Virus record (IMG/VR): IMGVR_UViG_3300030397_000460
Span: 1 to 33,739 of that record
Origin: a virus
Taxonomy: Duplodnaviria; Caudoviricetes
Strand: one strand, 5' to 3'
DNA length: 33,739 nucleotides
The translations under genes were made by a program, and so were the position numbers. Under the pieces are notes generated by a model. That model worked only from the letters and a program-made list of their open reading frames with translations, was not told the origin of the DNA and searched no databases. Shown here one piece after another: positions 17,027 to 24,740 of the stretch (the first letter of the stretch is position 1; every line of letters begins with the position of its first letter).

Positions 17027-18528
17027 CCCGCGAAACCGACCTGAAGCGAGGTCAACACCTGTCAAAGGCTGGCGACTGGGACGCGGCCTACAAGATTGCC
17101 AACAAATACCTGTGGCTTGACCCGAATGATGTCGATGCCCTGATGCTGATGATTTTTGTCATGATGGGCACCGGCAAGCACACCATTGCCTATGCCATGA
17201 CCCGGCGCTGTCTTGAGTTGGCCCCGAATTACGCCTCAGTCCACCTGAATGCCGGCATGGCAGCCAACGAGCTTTGGCGCTCAAAAGAGGCCGAGAGGCT
17301 GTATCGACGCGGCATCAACATGGCCGCAACCCCTGAGCAATTGTCCAAATTCCTGATCAATCTCACCGGCGTCTATATCGACAATGGCAGATTTGACGAG
17401 GCCGAGGAGCTTTGTCAGCAGGTCCTGCAACTGACGCCAGACAGTCCGAAGGGCAAAGCCAATCTCGGTTTTTGCCAAATCGCCACCGGGCGCTGGAAAG
17501 AGGGCTGGCCGAACTATCGCTATGTGACCGGCACCGAGTTTAGGCCCAAAACGCAATATGGTGACGAGCCTGAATGGGACGGTGTTTCACGTGGAACAAT
17601 CGTACTGTATGCCGAGCAGGGCATTGGCGACATGATCTGTTTTGCCTCGATGCTGCCCGACATGATGGAGTGGTGTGCTGAGAATGAATCAACCCCGATT
17701 CTTGAGACCGATTGGCGGCTGTCGAACCTGTTCAAGCGGTCATTTCCGGATCTGGTGATTTATCCGACCGCGAGCGTCACTGAGCAGACCTATAAGCCAC
17801 AGCACAAGTGGAAAGACGAGCATTGCAGCATCGATTATTCGATACCGATGGGCCAGATTGGGGAGTATTTCAGGAACGCTGACGAGGACTTTCCGCGCAC
17901 ACCGTATCTCGAGCCCGACCCCGACGAGCATTTCAAGTGGCGGTCCCTGTTTGAATCGAAGGGCAAGCCCGCGATTGGCATCGCCTGGACCGGGGGCGCA
18001 CCCAAGACCGGCGCCCACAAGAAACGCCTCGATCTTGAGCAATTACTGCCCTTATTTGAGCGCATTGACGCGCATTGGGTTAGCCTGCAATACAAGCCCG
18101 CCACAGAGGAAATTTCAGTATTCAGGGAAAAACACCCGAATATTGACTTGACAGAGTATCCGCATTACACGCTTGCGCCTGATTATGATTTCACCGCCTC
18201 ACTGGTCTCGGCACTGGATGCCGTGGTCAGTGTGCCGACATCGGTAGTGCATTTGGCCGGTGCTTTGGGGGTACGGACTGTGGCGATGGAAGCGCCCATG
18301 CGCTGCTGGAAGTTCGAGGCCGGCAACCCCTTCCACCCCATTACGGCACAGATACCGCATTCCGAGGATTGGGAAGCGACCATTGCCGAGACCGCAAGTT
18401 ATCTGGAGGACTTATGTTTACCGAGCGCGACAAACACCGATTCTGGTCTAGGGTCAATATCAAAGGACCAAACGATTGCTGGGAATGGACTGCCGGAAAA
18501 TCCAACGGATACGGTAGTTTCCGACTGA
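17023..18528 (+). CDS. TPR-repeat protein with a C-terminal GT-B (GT9/heptosyltransferase-like) glycosyltransferase domain
   Basis: TPR helices in the N-terminal ~170 aa; EQGIGDMICFAS, IGIAWTGG, WVSLQY and TASLVSALDAVVSVPTSVVHLAGALG motifs. Confidence 0.8.
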   Translation: MTRETDLKRGQHLSKAGDWDAAYKIANKYLWLDPNDVDALMLMIFVMMGTGKHTIAYAMTRRCLELAPNYASVHLNAGMAANELWRSKEAERLYRRGINMAATPEQLSKFLINLTGVYIDNGRFDEAEELCQQVLQLTPDSPKGKANLGFCQIATGRWKEGWPNYRYVTGTEFRPKTQYGDEPEWDGVSRGTIVLYAEQGIGDMICFASMLPDMMEWCAENESTPILETDWRLSNLFKRSFPDLVIYPTASVTEQTYKPQHKWKDEHCSIDYSIPMGQIGEYFRNADEDFPRTPYLEPDPDEHFKWRSLFESKGKPAIGIAWTGGAPKTGAHKKRLDLEQLLPLFERIDAHWVSLQYKPATEEISVFREKHPNIDLTEYPHYTLAPDYDFTASLVSALDAVVSVPTSVVHLAGALGVRTVAMEAPMRCWKFEAGNPFHPITAQIPHSEDWEATIAETASYLEDLCLPSATNTDSGLGSISKDQTIAGNGLPENPTDTVVSD

Positions 18529-18887
18529 GAAAGAACACAACCGCTGTTGGTAGTCATCGTATTGCATACGAGCTTAATAACGGCCCAATTCCAGAAGGCT
18601 TGCATGTGATGCACAAATGCGACAACAGGGCGTGCTGTAATCCATTTCATCTGATGCCAGGCAACAACCTTGCAAACATTTATGACTCAATGCGTAAGGG
18701 TAGACGCAAGGGCGTAACCAGAAACAGGCCTTCTGGGCTGGTTTATCGGAAAGGCGCTGACTATCAATCGAAGTGGCGCTGGGCGCGTGACCGGATGGTT
18801 GATTTGCGTAGTTATGGTTGCACGTACAGTCAAATTGCTGATTGGTTTGGGTGCGCGCCAATGACCGTGTATAGGCAAACGTCATGA
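18414..18887 (+). CDS. HNH homing endonuclease
   Basis: RFWSRV....DCWEWTAG...GYG.F...SHRIAY......IPEGL.VMHKCDNRACCNP.HL..G...N..D, plus a C-terminal HTH; GGAGGA RBS; lower GC than the flanks. Confidence 0.9.
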   Translation: MFTERDKHRFWSRVNIKGPNDCWEWTAGKSNGYGSFRLRKNTTAVGSHRIAYELNNGPIPEGLHVMHKCDNRACCNPFHLMPGNNLANIYDSMRKGRRKGVTRNRPSGLVYRKGADYQSKWRWARDRMVDLRSYGCTYSQIADWFGCAPMTVYRQTS

Positions 18888-19555
18888 GTCAATATAGGGT
18901 CATGATCGGCTACGATCCCCGACAGCCCGTAGCCTATAACGTCGCCCAGCACAGCGTTATCCGCAATGCCTCGAAACCGGTCTGCATTACGCCATTGGTG
19001 CTGAATCAGCTACCGATTACCCGGCGCGGGCTAACTGAGTTCACGTTCTCGCGCTTTCTGGTGCCCTGGTTGTGCGATTTCAAGGGTAAGGCCATGTTCA
19101 TGGACCCGGATATGATCGTTTTGGGCGATGTCTGCGCCATGATGGATGCCAGGGACCCAATGGCGGGCGTGGTGCATGTGGTCAAGGACCAGCCTGAGTT
19201 TGAATGGCCGTCAATGATGGTGTTTTCCAACGCCAGATGCCGCAATTTGACCCCAGAATACGTCGAAAACCCCGAAAATCCCCTATTTGGCTTCGATTGG
19301 GCCGATAAAGTGGGCGAAATCCCCGCTGAGTGGAATTTTTGTGTTGGGTATCAGGGCGAGGAGTGCAACACGTTTGGTCCAGTCAACCCCAAGAAGCTTT
19401 ACCATTTCACAGAAGGTTTGCCGATTTGGCCCCAGACAAGAAATCACCCTGACCATTCACCAATATGGGAGAAAGAATTCAACGATGCCAATTCCAGCGT
19501 CAGCTATGCTGAGTTGATGGGGAATTCCGTACACGCACAGAGGCGGAAAACATGA
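18884..19555 (+). CDS. GT-A fold glycosyltransferase (GT8/CDI-like)
   Basis: IGYDPRQ..AY.V...S, TEFTFSRFLVP, DxD motif FMDPDM, WPSMMVF, EWNF.VG and HFTEG.P. Confidence 0.8.
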   Translation: MSQYRVMIGYDPRQPVAYNVAQHSVIRNASKPVCITPLVLNQLPITRRGLTEFTFSRFLVPWLCDFKGKAMFMDPDMIVLGDVCAMMDARDPMAGVVHVVKDQPEFEWPSMMVFSNARCRNLTPEYVENPENPLFGFDWADKVGEIPAEWNFCVGYQGEECNTFGPVNPKKLYHFTEGLPIWPQTRNHPDHSPIWEKEFNDANSSVSYAELMGNSVHAQRRKT

Positions 19556-19761
19556 ATCTTGATGCAGCAGAGCGCATGGATGGAGTGCGAACTTGGGTGC
19601 AGTGGTTAAGACCAAAAGGCAGAGGAGTTCGTCATGCTGTTATAAAGCATGAGTGGCAGTATGGATGTTATAGCGCCTGTGGAGAATCAAACTTGCAAGA
19701 CCCACACGTCAGCGATGACAGCCCGAAATGTAAGCGTTGCCTGAAATTGGTAAGACCATGA
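19552..19761 (+). CDS. Small Cys/His (zinc-finger-like) protein (69 aa)
   Basis: H...C...C and CKRC motifs; ATGA-coupled at both ends. Confidence 0.5.
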   Translation: MNLDAAERMDGVRTWVQWLRPKGRGVRHAVIKHEWQYGCYSACGESNLQDPHVSDDSPKCKRCLKLVRP

Positions 19762-20384
19762 GAATCACTGACGATTACCGCGCCCAGCAGCGCGAACTGC
19801 ACGACACCGGCAACTATGGTGTCACGGCACAGAAATATGGTCAGTTCTTGTCACGAATCATTGAAAAGCAGGAAATCGACCACGTACTGGACTATGGCTG
19901 CGGATCCAATCTCAGTCTCACCCAGACTCTGAAGCCCAATCGCGAGATTGTCTATCAGCCCTATGACCCCTGTGTGCCGAAATACGCCGATGACCCGATC
20001 CCGGCTGATTTGGTGTGCTGCATCGATGTGCTGGAGCATATTGAGCCTGACTGCCTTGAGGATGTGCTGGACCACCTGGAGGACCTGACAGGGGCGATCC
20101 TTTTCTGCTCGATCAACACCGGCCCAGCCGGCAAAACCTTGAGCGATGGCCGCAATGCACACCTGATCCAGCAGCCAATGCAGTGGTGGCTGCCAAAGTT
20201 GTTTGAAAGGTTTACAATTCAGACGGTACAGATGGCAGGACAACAGGAATTCTTTGTCATCGCCCAACCCCAAAGGACGGAGTTGGCAATCGGACCCAAG
20301 CCCATCGCGGCCAGTCCGATTATCACAAACGGAGGTGGATCATCGCTGTCATCACCAACTACGCAACACTCCAAACCGCGGTAG
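19758..20384 (+). CDS. Class I SAM-dependent methyltransferase
   Basis: Motif I VLDYGCG, YDP, and DLVCCIDVLEHIEP; ATGA-coupled start at 19758. Confidence 0.88.
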   Translation: MRITDDYRAQQRELHDTGNYGVTAQKYGQFLSRIIEKQEIDHVLDYGCGSNLSLTQTLKPNREIVYQPYDPCVPKYADDPIPADLVCCIDVLEHIEPDCLEDVLDHLEDLTGAILFCSINTGPAGKTLSDGRNAHLIQQPMQWWLPKLFERFTIQTVQMAGQQEFFVIAQPQRTELAIGPKPIAASPIITNGGGSSLSSPTTQHSKPR

Positions 20385-20947
20385 CTGATTACCTCGCGAA
20401 AAGTGATCTGTCCGGCCATATTCCGAACTTCATTCAGAACACCGAAAACAAGCTATACCGCACCCTCAATCTCCGCAATGAGGAAACGCAGATGTCTATT
20501 GCGGTGTCGAGCGGTACGGGTACGGTGCCAACCCCGTTTAAGGCGCTGAAATTCGCCTATATCGACGATGCCGAGCGTCGCATGCTGGAATGGCTGCCGA
20601 TTGAACAGCTTTACGCCAAATATCCGAACAGATCGGGCGCGCACACACCGTCATTCATCAGCCGGGATGGCACTGAGTTCGTATTTGGTCCCGCACCAAA
20701 GGATTTCAGCCTGAAGGGCGTTTATTACGCCAAGCAGGACAATCTGCACGATACTGACGGCAGTTGGTACGTGCAGAATGCCCCCGAATTGCTGCTTTAT
20801 GGCGCATTGCTCGAGGCCGAGCCCTACATCAAGAATGACGAGCGTATTCCGGTCTGGCGTGAGTTATTCAATGAGGCGGTGAAAACGGTCCAGATCGAGC
20901 AGCGCAATGGCGAGTATTCCAAAGGCTTGAAAGCGATGCGCGGGTGA
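20342..20947 (+). CDS. Head-tail adaptor / tail tubular protein A-like; probable non-canonical ATC start
   Basis: The frame is open upstream of the 20492 ATG and encodes the family-typical N-terminus AVITNYATLQTAVADYL..SDL...IPNFI...E; C-terminal PELLLYGALLEAEPYIKNDERI..W; GGAGGT lies 5 nt before ATC 20342. Confidence 0.8.
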   Translation: MAVITNYATLQTAVADYLAKSDLSGHIPNFIQNTENKLYRTLNLRNEETQMSIAVSSGTGTVPTPFKALKFAYIDDAERRMLEWLPIEQLYAKYPNRSGAHTPSFISRDGTEFVFGPAPKDFSLKGVYYAKQDNLHDTDGSWYVQNAPELLLYGALLEAEPYIKNDERIPVWRELFNEAVKTVQIEQRNGEYSKGLKAMRG

Positions 20948-20950
20948 TCT

Positions 20951-21445
20951 ATGTCAAAGGTCAAACTGGACTTTCTGAACTGGCGCCCGGACCTTGAGGA
21001 TTACGATAATCAGGGCTTGATTGAGGCGCAGAATGTCTTTCATCAGCCAGAGGGCTGGAAGGAATACAAAACCCCGACGGTCGGTGCGTTTGTCACCAAT
21101 ACCGCGCTCGGCACCTGTCCCTCGGTGGTCATCAAGTCCGTTGGCACCAACAATCAGCGCATAGCCGCCTTTCTGCATAACCCGGTGGTGGCCGGTGCTG
21201 GCGCCACGATTGACTTTAGTATCGGTATATTCAGCCAGGGCTATACCACCATTGGCCTCTATACCACCTACACCTCATCGACCATCAGTAGTTTGCTGAC
21301 CGGCAATAACGTGATGGCCTTTGATGTCTGTGAGTTGGACGGACTGATATTTTTCTCCGCACAGGCCGAACTGCCAACCGCAACCATACTGAATGCCGCA
21401 GCACCGGTGATAACGCTTAACTCAACGGGGTACGCCACGATATGA
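20951..21445 (+). CDS. Tail nozzle/stabilisation protein (P22 gp10-like), N-terminal part
   Basis: F.NWRPDL.......EAQNV....GW N-terminal motif; follows the adaptor gene. Confidence 0.6.
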   Translation: MSKVKLDFLNWRPDLEDYDNQGLIEAQNVFHQPEGWKEYKTPTVGAFVTNTALGTCPSVVIKSVGTNNQRIAAFLHNPVVAGAGATIDFSIGIFSQGYTTIGLYTTYTSSTISSLLTGNNVMAFDVCELDGLIFFSAQAELPTATILNAAAPVITLNSTGYATI

Positions 21446-21942
21446 GCAAGTTTTCATACGACTTGCCGGGGTCCGGCGGTGGCACGTTTGCCAGCGTGTC
21501 GGTGCCAAGCGTGGGCTGTGCGCGGGTGCGCGATCATGTGGTGGTGTTGCCAACCGCGGATCGATACAGCATTCGCTGGTGTGCGATTGGTGATCCGACT
21601 GACTGGCCAACCCCTGACACCGATGATGCCCGCGCCAAGCAGGCAGGCTTGCAGCAATTCCCCAGTGAGTTTGGCGTAGTCACCGGTGTTGCCGGCAATG
21701 ACTTTTTTGCCTATGTGTTTCAGGAGACCGCCATCACCAAAATGGTGTATATCGCTGGCGATGAGGTCTATAGCTTCGATACCTTTGAGGAGGGCCGTGG
21801 GTGCTGGCGTTTGAATCGCTTCTCGCGCACTGATGACAAGGTGTTTTTTGAGTCGGAATTCGGCTATCACATGCTGGAAAACGACATCATTTTGGATATT
21901 GGCGAGGGCGCCGTCGATAAAACTTACGAGCCGTCTACCTAA
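21442..21942 (+). CDS. Tail nozzle/stabilisation protein, central beta-propeller part
   Basis: RDHVVV...IRWCAIGDPTDW...Q...Q.FP..G.VTG...VFQE.AI.KM.Y....YSFD....GRGC...VFF.S..GY....IG...VD. Confidence 0.7.
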   Translation: MSKFSYDLPGSGGGTFASVSVPSVGCARVRDHVVVLPTADRYSIRWCAIGDPTDWPTPDTDDARAKQAGLQQFPSEFGVVTGVAGNDFFAYVFQETAITKMVYIAGDEVYSFDTFEEGRGCWRLNRFSRTDDKVFFESEFGYHMLENDIILDIGEGAVDKTYEPST

Positions 21943-22499
21943 TGGCATTAGTCACCCCCGCACAGAATGAGCAAAAAAATGTCGTGGTCAACGAATCGTT
22001 GTCTGTGGTGTTTTTTCAGTCTCGGGGCTTGGCCTACAACTGGAAAACCGAGCAATGGTCACGGCTCAATGCCTCGGTCGGCAAACGCTTTTTTGCCGTT
22101 GAGGACAATGAGCGCGTACTGGGCACCGTTGAGGCATCAGGCAGCGCCGTCATGGTGCAGGACTCACGCCAAACCGGGCTTTCTGTGGCAGCGACTGCAA
22201 CCTTTGTCACCGGTGAGTTTGAGTTCGAGACCGGCCGCCAGGTAACTGTGGATGGTATGCGTCCCATCACAGACGGGGCGAGCCTTACATCGACCCGCAT
22301 TGGTGTTCGCGATTTGGTGGATGATGCCGTGACCTTTGTCACCGGTAGCGCGATCAACAGCCGTTCAGGGTTTTCCGGCTATCGTGGCGTGACCGCCAAG
22401 CCGACCGGTCAGTATGCTCGTGCCGAATTGATATTTGAGGGCGGCTTTACCACCGTCAGCGGTGCCGAATTTGAGTTCTTTTTGGCGGGCGAGCTTTGA
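21942..22499 (+). CDS. Tail nozzle/stabilisation protein, C-terminal part
   Basis: LAYNW.TEQWS, TGEF, RPITDG, IG.RD and GQYARAEL motifs; TAATG-coupled. Confidence 0.65.
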   Translation: MALVTPAQNEQKNVVVNESLSVVFFQSRGLAYNWKTEQWSRLNASVGKRFFAVEDNERVLGTVEASGSAVMVQDSRQTGLSVAATATFVTGEFEFETGRQVTVDGMRPITDGASLTSTRIGVRDLVDDAVTFVTGSAINSRSGFSGYRGVTAKPTGQYARAELIFEGGFTTVSGAEFEFFLAGEL

Positions 22500-22930
22500 G
22501 GGTAAACGGTTCCCGGATACTGGAAAGTCCGCGTCTTTGCAGGGTTTTAGAGGGGGAGGTTCCGGAGCTTTGGCGGCTGGTCAAGCCAGAGATTGAGCGC
22601 GCCATTGCCAACGGTTGCCAGTGGAATATGCAGGAAATCCACGACCGCATCACCGATGGCCGAATGCAGCTTTGGATCTATGGTGAGCATGAGATTGATG
22701 CGGTTCTGGTCACTCGCTGCACCGATCATTGTCTATTATTGGCCTGTGCGGGTTACAATATGCACCGATGGCTAAGGCATTTGAGCCTGATTGAGGTATT
22801 CGCCAGGCAGATGGATTGCCAGCGAATGGAGCTTCACGGCCGCAGAGGCTGGCAAAAAGTGCTGAAAGGATACCGGCACCAGGGTACAGATGAGCTTGGC
22901 TTGCACGTTCTCACAAAGGATTTGACATGA
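22496..22930 (+). CDS. GNAT-fold virion morphogenesis protein (P22 gp14-like position)
   Basis: W..VKP.IERA...I..G.MQLW...VLVT...AG..M..W...IE.FAR..DC.R.E..GR.GW.KVL.GY pattern. Confidence 0.7.
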   Translation: MRVNGSRILESPRLCRVLEGEVPELWRLVKPEIERAIANGCQWNMQEIHDRITDGRMQLWIYGEHEIDAVLVTRCTDHCLLLACAGYNMHRWLRHLSLIEVFARQMDCQRMELHGRRGWQKVLKGYRHQGTDELGLHVLTKDLT

Positions 22931-23526
22931 GCGGCGGCAGCAGACAGAACACCACGGCAACCACCAACCAGAGTGCGTTGACCAATTCCAGCATCAGGAA
23001 TAACCCCATTCTCAATGAATCCGTTGGCGTTGGCACTGATTTCATCAACCGCGCGTTGCAGTTTGGCGAGGAGGACCCGCTTACCACGGGCGCTCGTGAT
23101 GTGGTGGGCGATACCCTGTCTGGGCAAAACTTAGGCGAGGAAAACCCCTTTCTCGAGCGCGTATTCAATCGTGGTGCTGATGCGATCACGCAGCGTTTGC
23201 AGGGCGGTTTTTCCCGCGCCGGGCGCAATATTGCCGCGGCAAGGCCGGTCGCCGCTGATGAATTGGGCTCATTTCGTGCGCAGCTATTCGGTGATAACTT
23301 CCAGCGCGAGCGTGATCGACAGGTGAATGCGGTTGGTCAAGCGCAGGGCTTGGCGCCGATTGACCAGTTTTTGCGCAGATTGGGCCAACTGGGCAATGTG
23401 GCGGGCCGTGATGTCAGCGGTAGTTCCGTTAGTTCCGGAACCACAGACCAGACCACTAGAGAGCGTAGCAGCGTTCTTGATCGTGTGCTTGGCATAGGTG
23501 CTAGCCTATTTCTCCCGGGGGCGTAA
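22927..23526 (+). CDS. Ejection/pilot protein 1 (P22 gp7-like)
   Basis: MSGGS..TT N-terminus, NPFL, ERDRQ..A and an amphipathic C-terminus VLGIGASLF; position after the GNAT-like gene. Confidence 0.7.
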   Translation: MSGGSRQNTTATTNQSALTNSSIRNNPILNESVGVGTDFINRALQFGEEDPLTTGARDVVGDTLSGQNLGEENPFLERVFNRGADAITQRLQGGFSRAGRNIAAARPVAADELGSFRAQLFGDNFQRERDRQVNAVGQAQGLAPIDQFLRRLGQLGNVAGRDVSGSSVSSGTTDQTTRERSSVLDRVLGIGASLFLPGA

Positions 23527-23527
23527 T

Positions 23528-24739
23528 ATGCCAATTGGACCGTTTTTGCTCGCCAATCAGCGATTCACCGACCCTGAGGAATTGTTGCGCAATCCCGAGG
23601 CTTTCGGGGGTACGCCACCGTTTGTGCCCAATGAGCAGGTACCAAGCCCGACATCGGGGCCGCCTGCGGTAACGAGACTGCCGGGCGGCTTCAATAGTGG
23701 CCCTCCGCGTCCCGGGGCTGGCGACAGAGGGCCGATCGATCGAAATCGGACCCCAAGCATTGCTGAACTGATTTTGCGCCGTACAGGGCGTTTCGGTGAG
23801 GCTGTACGCCCAGCCACCAACTTTATCGGCGATGTATTCAATTCGGCCCGGAGTTCTGCCAGGCAGGGCTTTCTGGCCGGCGTCGCGCCTGACTTCACCC
23901 GTGGTGTGTTGCTGGGCGATCAAAATCGCAGGGCCGAGGAGGCCAATACTCGTCAGAACGCACTGGCCAGCACCGAAATTGCCGCCGCGTTGGCGGGTGT
24001 GGGCGGCCCTCAGGAGTCGCCGTTCGGAAAAATCAATCCGTCTGATTTCACTACCGAGTCATTGCAACGCTTCCAGAACAGTGGCGATTTCGGGGATTTG
24101 GTGGCCCGTGATGGTACCCCGGCCGATCCTGCCGCGGTGGCTGCGTTTAAGTTCCGCGAGGGTCTGAGTCCCGAACAGCAAAGGCAATTTGATTTGGTGC
24201 AACGTGGCTTTAGTGCCAGCAACCAACCGGGTGTGGGCGTTGTGTCCAACCGTGGCGAGGTATTGGCCACTGAGCAGGATGTTCAGGATGCACAAGCGGG
24301 CCGTGCCGGTGCGACGAGGCAGGCCACAGCCGATGTTGGTGCGCCGGTAGAGCTTCAGGGTCGCATTGACGAGGCCGAGCAGTTCATTGAGCGTCTGCTG
24401 GGTGCCAGGAATGATTTGCAGTCCGGACGCCTGAATACCGGCTTTATTGCGGGTAGGGCGCCGGCGTTATCAGATGCCGCGCAGCGTTTTGACGAGATTG
24501 CCAGCACTGGCGTTTTGAATGATCTGGCCAGTGGCAGCTTTGGGCAGTTGAACACCTCAGAATTGCAATTTGTGAAGGATCTGAACATCGCCCGGACCAA
24601 AAATGAGGATGTGAATATCGACCAGATTGATCGCTTAATTGAGATTCTACAGCGTGAGGTCGGACGCTCACGGGATGAAATCAGCAGAATCCAGGGCGGA
24701 CGCTCTGAAGTAATTAACTTTGGCGACTTGCCGGAATGA
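23528..24739 (+). CDS. Ejection protein 2 (P22 gp20-like position)
   Basis: 403 aa, Gly/Ala/Gln/Arg-rich; C-terminal GQLNTSEL.F...L......N...IDRL motif typical of injected proteins. Confidence 0.65.
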   Translation: MPIGPFLLANQRFTDPEELLRNPEAFGGTPPFVPNEQVPSPTSGPPAVTRLPGGFNSGPPRPGAGDRGPIDRNRTPSIAELILRRTGRFGEAVRPATNFIGDVFNSARSSARQGFLAGVAPDFTRGVLLGDQNRRAEEANTRQNALASTEIAAALAGVGGPQESPFGKINPSDFTTESLQRFQNSGDFGDLVARDGTPADPAAVAAFKFREGLSPEQQRQFDLVQRGFSASNQPGVGVVSNRGEVLATEQDVQDAQAGRAGATRQATADVGAPVELQGRIDEAEQFIERLLGARNDLQSGRLNTGFIAGRAPALSDAAQRFDEIASTGVLNDLASGSFGQLNTSELQFVKDLNIARTKNEDVNIDQIDRLIEILQREVGRSRDEISRIQGGRSEVINFGDLPE

Positions 24740-24740
24740 T

